NCBI GenBank assembly: GCA_016839515.1
Contig: JAEOUE010000052.1
Span: 1 to 17,559, forward strand
Reading direction: 5' to 3'
Source: Candidatus Hodarchaeum mangrovi
GTDB taxonomy: Archaea; Asgardarchaeota; Heimdallarchaeia; Hodarchaeales; Hodarchaeaceae
DNA length: 17,559 bases
Position numbers and translations under genes: made by a program. A model generated the notes under the pieces. The model made no database searches. It saw only the letters and a list, made by a program, of their open reading frames with translations, and had not been told where the DNA came from. Shown here one piece after another: positions 8,454 through 17,100 of the stretch (position 1 is its first letter; each line of letters opens with the position of its first letter).

Positions 8454-9506
8454 ATGGATTACCAAGAATTATCTACTGAAGAAAAAACGCGTTATTCTAG
8501 ACAAATTGTCCTATCTGATATTGGTGAAGAAGGCCAGTTACGGATTAAAAATGCTCGAGTTTTAGTTCTCGGAATTGGAGGATTAGGCACATTTTCTAGC
8601 TTACTCCTAGCTGAGATGGGAATTGGGTATTTAAGAATCGTTGATCGGGATTTAGTGGAACAGAGTAATCTTCATCGAACTCCCCTTTATACTAAATATG
8701 ACTTAGATCGTGCAAAAGTTGAGGTTGCAGCTGAACGGTTGCTAAGTGTCAATCCTAATCTTATTATCGATCCTCATGCATGTCATATTGATGAATATAA
8801 TATTGATGAGTTATTAGAAGGGATTGATATTGTAATTGATGGTTTAGATAATTTTGAAACTCGCCGAATGGTAGGAAAAGCATCTAGAGACAAAAATATC
8901 CCTTATATTTTTTGTGGAGTAAGTGCTCGTTCCGCGAATATGAGTTTATTTAATTTAAAGGACTCTTCTGCTTGTATTTCCTGCCTTTATCATGGAATTG
9001 ATGATAATGAGTTAGAGAGCTGTGATATTACCGGTATACATCCAAGTTTACTTTCTGTTGCTACAGGAATTCAGATACATGAATGTATTAATGTAATAGT
9101 CTCGGGCACATCTATTTTAGATGGAAATTTGCTTATTATAGATTTAAGACAAATGAGCTTTGATCTCATCCCTATTCGAAAAAATCCAAAGTGTCTTGTC
9201 TGTTCAGATTTTCATGAGGAAAGTAAATCTATTAAGGAGGAAGGCTATCGTTTTGTTGATCTCTGTGGAGAATCAACTTATATGATAGTTCCTAAAGCTA
9301 AAAAAACATATGATATCGCTAAATTAAAGAAAGTTTTGGCTCAAAAATACTCTGTTCGACATGTGGGGAAATTTTCTCTTATTTTATCTTTACCTGATAA
9401 TGTTCAAATTTCAATCTTTAAGGGTGGTAATGTATTAGTTCGAAATGTTATCTCAAAAGATGCAGCATTAGATATCTGGCACAGAGTAGAAGAAGATATC
9501 AATTAA
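8454..9506 (+). CDS. MoeB/ThiF/HesA family E1-like adenylyltransferase with C-terminal extension
   Basis: RYSRQ, GIGGLG, DRDLVEQSNLHR, DGLDNFETR, Zn ligands CISC and CLVC, putative catalytic Cys in ESCDITG, and C-terminal 'LCG...IFKGGNVLV' extension as in Bacillus-type MoeB/ThiF. Confidence 0.92.
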   Translation: MDYQELSTEEKTRYSRQIVLSDIGEEGQLRIKNARVLVLGIGGLGTFSSLLLAEMGIGYLRIVDRDLVEQSNLHRTPLYTKYDLDRAKVEVAAERLLSVNPNLIIDPHACHIDEYNIDELLEGIDIVIDGLDNFETRRMVGKASRDKNIPYIFCGVSARSANMSLFNLKDSSACISCLYHGIDDNELESCDITGIHPSLLSVATGIQIHECINVIVSGTSILDGNLLIIDLRQMSFDLIPIRKNPKCLVCSDFHEESKSIKEEGYRFVDLCGESTYMIVPKAKKTYDIAKLKKVLAQKYSVRHVGKFSLILSLPDNVQISIFKGGNVLVRNVISKDAALDIWHRVEEDIN

Positions 9507-9774
9507 GTATTGAAAAACTGGGATTTTAGTTAACAATTATTGAGTAATCATAATCTTTGAATCCTAAAGTCTCGACTCATTTCTTTTACAATAATTTTAA
9601 TATAATGACTAATAATACAGAATAAAGCTAAAAAACGCGAAATTTAATATGCTACTATTATTATAATAGGTTATATATTTTTAAATTAACATGGAAGAAA
9701 AGAATATCGACTCTCCATTCTTTAGAATTTGCTGTATATTAATTCAGAACAAAGAAAAAAGTTGGTGCTAATCT

Positions 9775-10938
9775 ATGGCAGATGTTGTATTTTCCGCATT
9801 CGATGAAAGAACAGGACCTGTTGCAATTTTCAGTACCATTCAAGATCCAGTTCTAACCAAAAAAATTGCTGTTAAATCTATTGTCTCTACATTAACTTCA
9901 GTACGGACCAGTTCTTCCGAGCGACTGGAAGGCGAAGCTATTATTCCATTTCCTAATGAAAATCGAATTGCTTTCATCTTTTATACATCCTTAGACCAGA
10001 AAACTGAAGGAGGAGAGTACAGAGTAATTTCGTTAAGTGCAATAGTTGATAATCAGAAAAAATCAGGGTTATATTCTAATGCAACTATACTCTCTCAAGC
10101 TGCAGGGGAAATAAAAAATGCTCTAAATCGTGATTATAAATTTGGTCAACCTCTATCCAGTGAGCTTTCAGCAAGACTGAAAGGCTGGGGTGAACTTACT
10201 AAAACCCAAGAAATGGCTATTATTGCAGAGCGAGAAATTAAATTCGGTTTGAAAAGTCTTTTTGAAGTATTCCCTGTAAAATCTGGTTTTCGTTCATATG
10301 ACGATCCTTTAGTTCCTGTTTTTATAGGAGTATTATATAAAATCCCTGTTGTCCTTATAGGACCTAATGTTGAATTTTTACTAGAGATCGCAGATATTAT
10401 TAGAAGTTATATGCCTGAAGAAGAGTTGGATGTAAGACTTACCATTCCACTTGATTATAAATCCCAAGCTGTAGCATCTAAAATTCCTAGAGCTGATATG
10501 ATACTTCTTAATGAGGAACAGGATAAAAGAAAGAATTTCTATCGTGATCCTGTTATTACTGCTGGGATAGGGAAGGATTCTAAATTTATTAATTATTCCC
10601 CCCCTGAAAAGCCTCACAAGATTATCGAGAGGATAATAAAGAAGGCAAGGGAGTTTACTGATGAGATGGTGGCCAATCATTATCTTGCAGGAGAAATACT
10701 CTCTTATTTCACAAAATTAGATCATTTAAAGGACTATTGTTTGACTGGAAGAGAAGCAAGGGTAAGGGATATTGCGAAAAATTTTGATGTCGATGAGGAT
10801 TATATTATTACTTTAGCTGAGGGACTTCGAACTAGAATGGAAGTTTCGGAAGAGTCGCTAAATAAAATGCTCCAAGATGGCCCTCCTTTTTCTAAAATGG
10901 ATATACGTGGTCAGAAGAATATCGGATTCATACGTTAA
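9775..10938 (+). CDS. DENN-module protein (uDENN/longin + cDENN + dDENN), folliculin/SMCR8/NPRL2-like; eukaryotic signature protein
   Basis: N-terminal VVFSAFDERTGP (F-x4-GP uDENN start); 'AFIFYTSLDQKTEGGEYRVISLSAIV' longin hairpin; 'GVLYKIPVVLIGPNVEFLLEIADIIRSYMP' cDENN signature; helical C-terminus. GGTG SD-like motif at 9764-9767. Confidence 0.7.
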   Translation: MADVVFSAFDERTGPVAIFSTIQDPVLTKKIAVKSIVSTLTSVRTSSSERLEGEAIIPFPNENRIAFIFYTSLDQKTEGGEYRVISLSAIVDNQKKSGLYSNATILSQAAGEIKNALNRDYKFGQPLSSELSARLKGWGELTKTQEMAIIAEREIKFGLKSLFEVFPVKSGFRSYDDPLVPVFIGVLYKIPVVLIGPNVEFLLEIADIIRSYMPEEELDVRLTIPLDYKSQAVASKIPRADMILLNEEQDKRKNFYRDPVITAGIGKDSKFINYSPPEKPHKIIERIIKKAREFTDEMVANHYLAGEILSYFTKLDHLKDYCLTGREARVRDIAKNFDVDEDYIITLAEGLRTRMEVSEESLNKMLQDGPPFSKMDIRGQKNIGFIR

Positions 10939-10981
10939 CTAATTCAATAAAATAAAGATTCCAAAAAAGGAATATTCTATA

Positions 10982-12022
10982 ATGGTACAGCGTGATAAGA
11001 AAATAGACAGTAAGATTTCTATCCTTGAAGATGAGAAAAAGGTTCTAAGCGGGTTAAAAGCCTATTATGAAGAAAATCTTTCTTATGCAGATCTAGAAGA
11101 AATTGCTGGTATATCTATACGGGAATTTAAACGTTATCAAAAGGATAATGATTATCCATATCGTGTTGGAGTTTATAATCGAAAATCTGTTTTTGAAAAA
11201 ATTAATCAAAGGATTTCTGAAATAGATAACGAAATCCTTAAGTTGAAAGAATCTCTTTTTGGTACTTTAGATCAAATCCTCTTTATCCCTTCATGGAGTA
11301 GAATGATCGGCTCAAGTTTCAATGGATTCTATTTAAATCAACCCGTTCAGAAAATCTTTCAAGATAATGTTGTTTTAATCCCTGATTTAGCTTTAACTGG
11401 TTTTGAAGAAACAACTTCTGAACCGTTCTTTTTTATTACTGGTGTTGGGCTTTACTGGGTGAAATTTCAACTAGGTCCTGGTTCTATTGTAACAGATTAT
11501 CGTGAGATTACCGGATTAGTCCTTCCTCTTGATGTCTATGAAAAAGCGCAGGATGAAACAGGAACAATCCTTGGGAGTGAAAAAATTCGGATGACAGAAT
11601 ATATGACTTCTATTCCTTTTTCTTTAGTTATTGCTGAACGTACAACTCAGATGTACTTGAGAGGAGTTTTAGCTAGAAACGTATTTTTACCAAATAAAGA
11701 ATGTTTTGACCAATTATATGAATCATGTAAAGATCCAAATAGTTTTAAAGCCGAAGATGGACTAAAAATATTATCAGGTGGTTTATCAACCCAGAGACCA
11801 CTTTATACAAATGAGATATTGACTGAAAAACATTTAGGAGATTATTCCACATTAACAGCAGGTATAAAAAATGTACAACCTAAATTAAATAAAATTCTAT
11901 CTGATTTACAGATCGATTCAACACATGAGGGTTTTTTTAACAAAATTCAGAAGATAAAAACTGAATTTCGTGATGTTGGAAGAAATTTACTTTTAGACTG
12001 GATGCCTAGTCATCTTACGTGA
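10982..12022 (+). CDS. Hypothetical protein: UPF0175-like HTH flanked by coiled-coil helices, then an unrecognised alpha/beta domain
   Basis: 346-aa ORF, 43 bp after the DENN gene. 'LKAYYEENLSYADLEEIAGISIREFKRY' resembles the UPF0175 HTH pattern. The remainder is not recognised. Confidence 0.55.
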   Translation: MVQRDKKIDSKISILEDEKKVLSGLKAYYEENLSYADLEEIAGISIREFKRYQKDNDYPYRVGVYNRKSVFEKINQRISEIDNEILKLKESLFGTLDQILFIPSWSRMIGSSFNGFYLNQPVQKIFQDNVVLIPDLALTGFEETTSEPFFFITGVGLYWVKFQLGPGSIVTDYREITGLVLPLDVYEKAQDETGTILGSEKIRMTEYMTSIPFSLVIAERTTQMYLRGVLARNVFLPNKECFDQLYESCKDPNSFKAEDGLKILSGGLSTQRPLYTNEILTEKHLGDYSTLTAGIKNVQPKLNKILSDLQIDSTHEGFFNKIQKIKTEFRDVGRNLLLDWMPSHLT

Positions 12023-12050
12023 ATAGTTGATGTGAGAGGGTAAATCTGCG

Positions 12051-13193
12051 TTAATTACATACCTCTGTTAAAACACTTTGAATCTTTTGAACTTCTTCTT
12101 CTGTCAAACCAGGATGGATGGGAACTTCAAAATGAGATCTCGCTATCTTTTCTGTTATGGGGAGAGTCAATTTAGAATATTCTGGATATTCAACATACTT
12201 ACTCCATCTCCAAGACTTAATCCCTTCTTTGTAAGTTGGTTGTTGGTGGCATGGAATTGCATAAATTTGCCTTGATCCAACTCCTTTATTGTTCAATTCT
12301 TTCACTATTTCAGGAGCTGTCTTATTTGATGACTCTTCAACCACAGGAGCGCAAATATAGTGACTATGTACTACCCCTTTAGGAATTCTTTGCGTTCGGA
12401 TAGAAGATAATTCATCTATAGTTTTACGAATAGCATTTGCATTTTTTGCACGTTGAGCTAGCATCTTTGGAAGTTTATTAATCTGGATTAATCCAATTGC
12501 AGCAAGTGGATCAGCTAATCGGTAATTATAGCCGATTGTATAATGATTATACCCTCCCTGAGGACTTCTTCCATGATTTTTGATACTTCGAATTACAGTT
12601 GCTAATTCATCATCATTTGTAATTACCATTCCTCCTTCACCAGTTATCATATTTTTTGTTGCATAAAAAGAAAAACATCCAACGTTTCCAAACGTTCCAA
12701 CATGCTTTCCATCTATTCGTGCTCCATGAGATTGACATGCGTCCTCAATTACTAACAAATTATGCTCTTCTGCGATATCATTTATTGCTTTCATATCCGA
12801 GGGTAAACCAAAAATATGTATTGGTAAGATTGCTTTTGTTTTTGGTGTGATTAATTCTTCAATTTTTTCTGGATCTATATTATAGGTTTCAGGATCTATC
12901 TCTGCAAAAATTGGAATACACCCTCCAAAGCTAATAGAGTTTGCTGAAGCTATAAAAGTAAATGATGATGTTATAATTTCTGAGTTAGGGGGAATTTTCA
13001 ATCCTTCAATTGCCAAATGTAAAGCAGCTGTTCCATTGACAGTACATATAGCATGTTTTACTCCTGTAAACTTTGCAAATGCATCTTCTAGCGATCTTGC
13101 GTTTTTTCCTTCTACTAAACCTTTTGATCTTACTGTTTCAGCTACTAATGACACTTCTTCTTCAGAGATCTGTGGCTGTGCAACAAATTTCAT
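12051..13193 (-). CDS. DegT/DnrJ/EryC1/StrS family PLP-dependent nucleotide-sugar aminotransferase
   Basis: NGTAALH, FTFIASAN, EDACQSHGA, FSFYATKNMITGEGG (PLP lysine), GYNYRL, VPIHPGL. AAGGAG SD-like motif upstream on the minus strand (13205-13210). Confidence 0.95.
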   Translation of the reverse strand: MKFVAQPQISEEEVSLVAETVRSKGLVEGKNARSLEDAFAKFTGVKHAICTVNGTAALHLAIEGLKIPPNSEIITSSFTFIASANSISFGGCIPIFAEIDPETYNIDPEKIEELITPKTKAILPIHIFGLPSDMKAINDIAEEHNLLVIEDACQSHGARIDGKHVGTFGNVGCFSFYATKNMITGEGGMVITNDDELATVIRSIKNHGRSPQGGYNHYTIGYNYRLADPLAAIGLIQINKLPKMLAQRAKNANAIRKTIDELSSIRTQRIPKGVVHSHYICAPVVEESSNKTAPEIVKELNNKGVGSRQIYAIPCHQQPTYKEGIKSWRWSKYVEYPEYSKLTLPITEKIARSHFEVPIHPGLTEEEVQKIQSVLTEVCN

Positions 13194-13335
13194 TATAGGC
13201 TGGGCTCCTTTAAAAAAATCATTATTATTACTAGATTTATGTACCTTTACTTATATTAAATCTATACAAAAATTCATTTTAGTAATATAATCAAGCTTAG
13301 AAATAGTTTCCTAACAGGGAATCACGGGATGAAAG

Positions 13336-14037
13336 ATGGATTCAGCTGTATCACTTGATAGAATTATCAAAAATTATCAACACGTTGTTTCAATAGTAAA
13401 ATCTTATTCTTCAAATAATATAACTCCAAAAATAGTCATTGTTACCAAAAACCAGCCACTAGAACGAATTTCAGAACTAGCAGAGTATATAGATTCTCCA
13501 ATCTTTGGAGAAAATCGTTTTGAGGAGGCTATTGGTAAAATCGATGAATTGCAGAATCAAGATATTGAGTGGCATTTTATTGGTCATTTGCAACGAAATA
13601 AAGTTAAAAAGCTTGTTGGAAAAGTAGCAATGATTCAATCATTAGACCGATTGCCTCTTGCTCTAGAAATACAAAAAAGAGCATCTAATAAAGAGCTAAT
13701 TGTCGATTGTCTTCTTCAAATAGATATTAGTCGTGATGGAACAAAATTCGGTCTTGTTCCTGATGAAAAGCAAATAATTATTTTTTTAAAGGAAATTGAA
13801 AAACTTAAAAACTTGAGGATTTGTGGTTTGATGACCATTGCACCTTTTATTGAGGCTAAGCGAACACAATCTTACTTTCGTCAAATGAGAAGTATATTTG
13901 ATAAGCTAAAGGATCTTCCATTACCAATTAATGTTGAATTGAAGACTTTATCTATGGGAATGTCGAATGATTATCAGTTCGCTTTGAAAGAAGGATCAAA
14001 TATGGTGAGGTTAGGCACCGTTATTTTTCAAAAATGA
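13336..14037 (+). CDS. yggS: YggS/PLPBP family pyridoxal-phosphate homeostasis protein
   Basis: IVIVTK (PLP Lys), FGENR, WHFIGHLQRNKVK, TKFG, GLMTI, LSMGMSNDY, EGSNMVRLGTVIF. Confidence 0.95.
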   Translation: MDSAVSLDRIIKNYQHVVSIVKSYSSNNITPKIVIVTKNQPLERISELAEYIDSPIFGENRFEEAIGKIDELQNQDIEWHFIGHLQRNKVKKLVGKVAMIQSLDRLPLALEIQKRASNKELIVDCLLQIDISRDGTKFGLVPDEKQIIIFLKEIEKLKNLRICGLMTIAPFIEAKRTQSYFRQMRSIFDKLKDLPLPINVELKTLSMGMSNDYQFALKEGSNMVRLGTVIFQK

Positions 14038-14106
14038 GATTTCACGGGTTAAGTACTGCAATGATCGAAAGAAACGCAAATAAATTAAACTTAGAATAGC
14101 TATTTT

Positions 14107-14114
14107 AGGAGTGG
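14107..14114 (+). promoter_or_regulatory. Shine-Dalgarno-like site AGGAGTGG upstream of the giant coiled-coil gene
   Basis: Directly precedes tandem ATG ATG at 14119/14122. Confidence 0.55.
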
Positions 14115-14118
14115 TTGA

Positions 14119-17100
14119 ATGATGACTGCCCAAGAGGAAATTTTTTCACTTAATAAGACTGAAATCAAACTTTTTTCTACTTTAATAACATTTGGCGCAC
14201 AAACTAAACGAGATTTATTTATTAATTCTGCTGTAGCCGATGAAAAAGCAGAAAATTCACTTGCATCCTTGATTACTAAAGGATTAGCACGTCAGGATAA
14301 AGAGTCAGGAATAATCTTCTCTACACTCCCATTAAAGAATTTAATTACACTCTTAGAAAGGAATAATGAAAAATTACAAACAAATTTGAAGCAAGATTAT
14401 CAGGGTATTAGAAAATCCTTTGAGGAAAATTTACAAAAATTCAAAGAAGTTAATGAAAAACAACTAGAAGAGTTAAAAACATCCAATCTAGTATTAAAAT
14501 CAGCTTTAAAGAAAGAATGGGATTCTTCTGAGCAGCTACGAAGAGAGAAATCTGAGGAATACATAGAAGATGTTTTAACTTCCACAAGTAATCGTGTTTC
14601 TGAAGTTCAAGCAAAATTTGATGGTATTTTTACAGCTAAAAAAGCCTCACATGAAAAAAAATGGACAGATGCAGTGGATCAATTTCAAAATATTCAAGAC
14701 ATCAGTTCTAGAATTCTACGAGAATCAATCACAAAATATGAAAAACAGCTTTTGGAGATTATAAGATCTACAAGTACTCGTATAAACACAATTCAAACAC
14801 GAATATTAGATATTATAACTACTCTCGAAACAGAATCGAATGTTCAAATGCAAGAGTTTTTTACAAACACTGAATCCACTTCTAATGAGTTTAAAGGAAA
14901 TTTAATGAGTGGACTAGAAACCTCTCGAAATTATGAAAAAAATTTTGTGAATGAACTAAAAAAGCAAATCCAATCATCTCTAGAAGCAGATATTTCGAAA
15001 GCATTGAGCAGTGTCATCACTCAAATTGCTCAGGATATTGATAAAGAAATCGAAGATGCCCTTGTCGGTGTTAAACGGAAAACCGAGAACATTATTAAAG
15101 ATAACTCACAACAAATAAAGCAAGAATTTCAAGAATTTGTGGATAACGCATCAGAGTTAATCTCGGAGCAAAAATCCCCCATAAATGTTTTACAATCTGA
15201 GATATTGGAACTTTCGACGGAACAAAAAATTACTACCCAACAAGATCTTTTTTTAAAACAATTTGAATCACTCCTTACATCAGATCTTGTAGCTCTTGAA
15301 ACAAACTACCGTAAAGTTCAGAAAATGGCAATTGATGTAATGGAAAATATAAGACGAGATGCCAAGAAACAATTAATCACACAAAGTTCTGAATTTGAAC
15401 GGTTAATTCAAATTTTCTATGAAAATTTAGAAAAATCAATAAATCGAAAAGATACAGATGTCGTTCGACTCCACCAACTATCACAATCTGTTAATGAATT
15501 CCTAAGAAATCTTTTGATTTCGATTCCATCAAGAGCAAATCAATTGAAAACACAATTAAATGAATCCTTTAAACTAACTTCAAGCGAATTGGAAAAGAAC
15601 ATGGGGGGACAATCTCTGACTTCTTTAAAAGAAATAAATGAAAAAATTTCTGATTCGCAAAAGAGAGTTGTTAAGATTTTCAATGAAACTACTAGTGAAG
15701 GAGAAAAAGAGATCCAGAATTTATTATCATCTTCAGATCATATTCTTAATGTAGTATCTTCTTTACATGAAAGTTTAAATGAAAAAATTCAAAGTCGGTT
15801 TGAACAACGTTCAAAAGTCCTTACTACGGAAATAGATGCAGTTTCAAGGAATTATCAGCAAGTTCTTTCAGGTTTAGAATCAGATTATACTGATATTTAT
15901 GATAGAATTGAAGCACAAAATATTTCAAATATGAATGATATTGAAACAAATTTACAAAACTCAACACTTCACCTTAAAACTGAAGTTGATAGTATTTTTG
16001 GTAAAACAGGCCAAAATAATAGAGAATTTCTTACCCAACTAGAAACAAATCTTCAAAACCAAATAGAAAGAATACTAAATGTCGTTAAAGAAGGTTTTAA
16101 TCAAATTAAAAAAGAATTCACAACAGAATTGAATGTTCAAGTAGAGAATGTCGAGAAGAACAATAAAACGTCTCATGATGCATTACAAACTGTAATCGAT
16201 GGTTTTTCTGAACAAACAAACCAATTTATCGATACTTATAAGTCAGAGATAAAACAAGCAGTTGATGAAAGAGAGAAAATGTTCTTAGATTTAGTTGACG
16301 AAAATCGTAGAGCTGTTGATGAGGTGATTGGATTACATAAATCACAGATCACTAAATATCAAGAAAAAGGGCCAACAGATATTTTGACTTTCATCAGCCA
16401 AATCGAAACTGAAGTATTAAACCAGAATAAAAATCTTAAAGGTGCATTAGAAGAAATTCAATCTGTTTATGATGGTTTATATGATTCAACAATGGATGAG
16501 GTTTCAGGATTAATTAAACAAGTACAAGAAAGCGCAGAAAAGTTGTCCTCTGTTGTTTCTGGATCTTTACAGGCAATTTCCACAAGTTTATTGCGTACTA
16601 ACGATCAGATTGAATCTTACTTTGTAGAGTCGATTTCAGAGTTAGAGAATCAGGTAGATGTCGCAACTGGTTTTGTTACTTCTGAAATCGAAGCTTCTTC
16701 TCAATCAGTAGAAGAGGAAGTAAAAGTATTGCGAAGTGAAATGGAAGATACCATTAAAAAACTGAGTACTGAAATTAAGGATTCTATCGCTCATCAAGAT
16801 CAAGAGTATCAAACAAAAATACCTGAAATTGGCCAAAGCTTTTCACAGGCGTTCGATGGACTTATTCAGGAAAGAACAAAATTAAATCAAGAATTAGAAC
16901 AAAAAACTAAAGAGAATCTAAGTAATTTGACTGAGAATTGGCAAAAGCAAATAGAAAAAACTAAAAATAGGCTTCAGGAAGTTACTGAGAGTATAGAAGT
17001 CGCTATCCAAACCAATATAGAAAATATGGAAATTATTGCAGATAAAAACACTGAATTAACTATTAAAAGACTCAATGAGGTTTTAAATCTCGATTCTACT

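Noticed and set aside
5956-9506. Helicase plus ThiF as a ubiquitin-like anti-viral system (CBASS/Bil-type E1)
   Set aside because: The E1 looks like housekeeping MoeB/ThiF, and there is no E2, JAB, Ubl or cyclase gene nearby.
9655-9669. Palindrome CTATTAT-T-ATAATAG (and AATAATA-G-TATTATT at 5873-5887) as operator sites
   Set aside because: Almost pure A/T palindromes are expected by chance in such AT-rich spacers, and the two do not share a consensus.
10982-11260. Toxin-antitoxin pair based on the UPF0175-like HTH
   Set aside because: No adjacent PIN-domain toxin was recognised, and the HTH is part of a 346-aa protein.
6700-14585. Short antisense ORFs (6700-6915, 10381-10680, 12078-12275, 12656-12850, 13036-13290, 14400-14585)
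   Set aside because: Shadow ORFs of real genes on the opposite strand, with no independent support.
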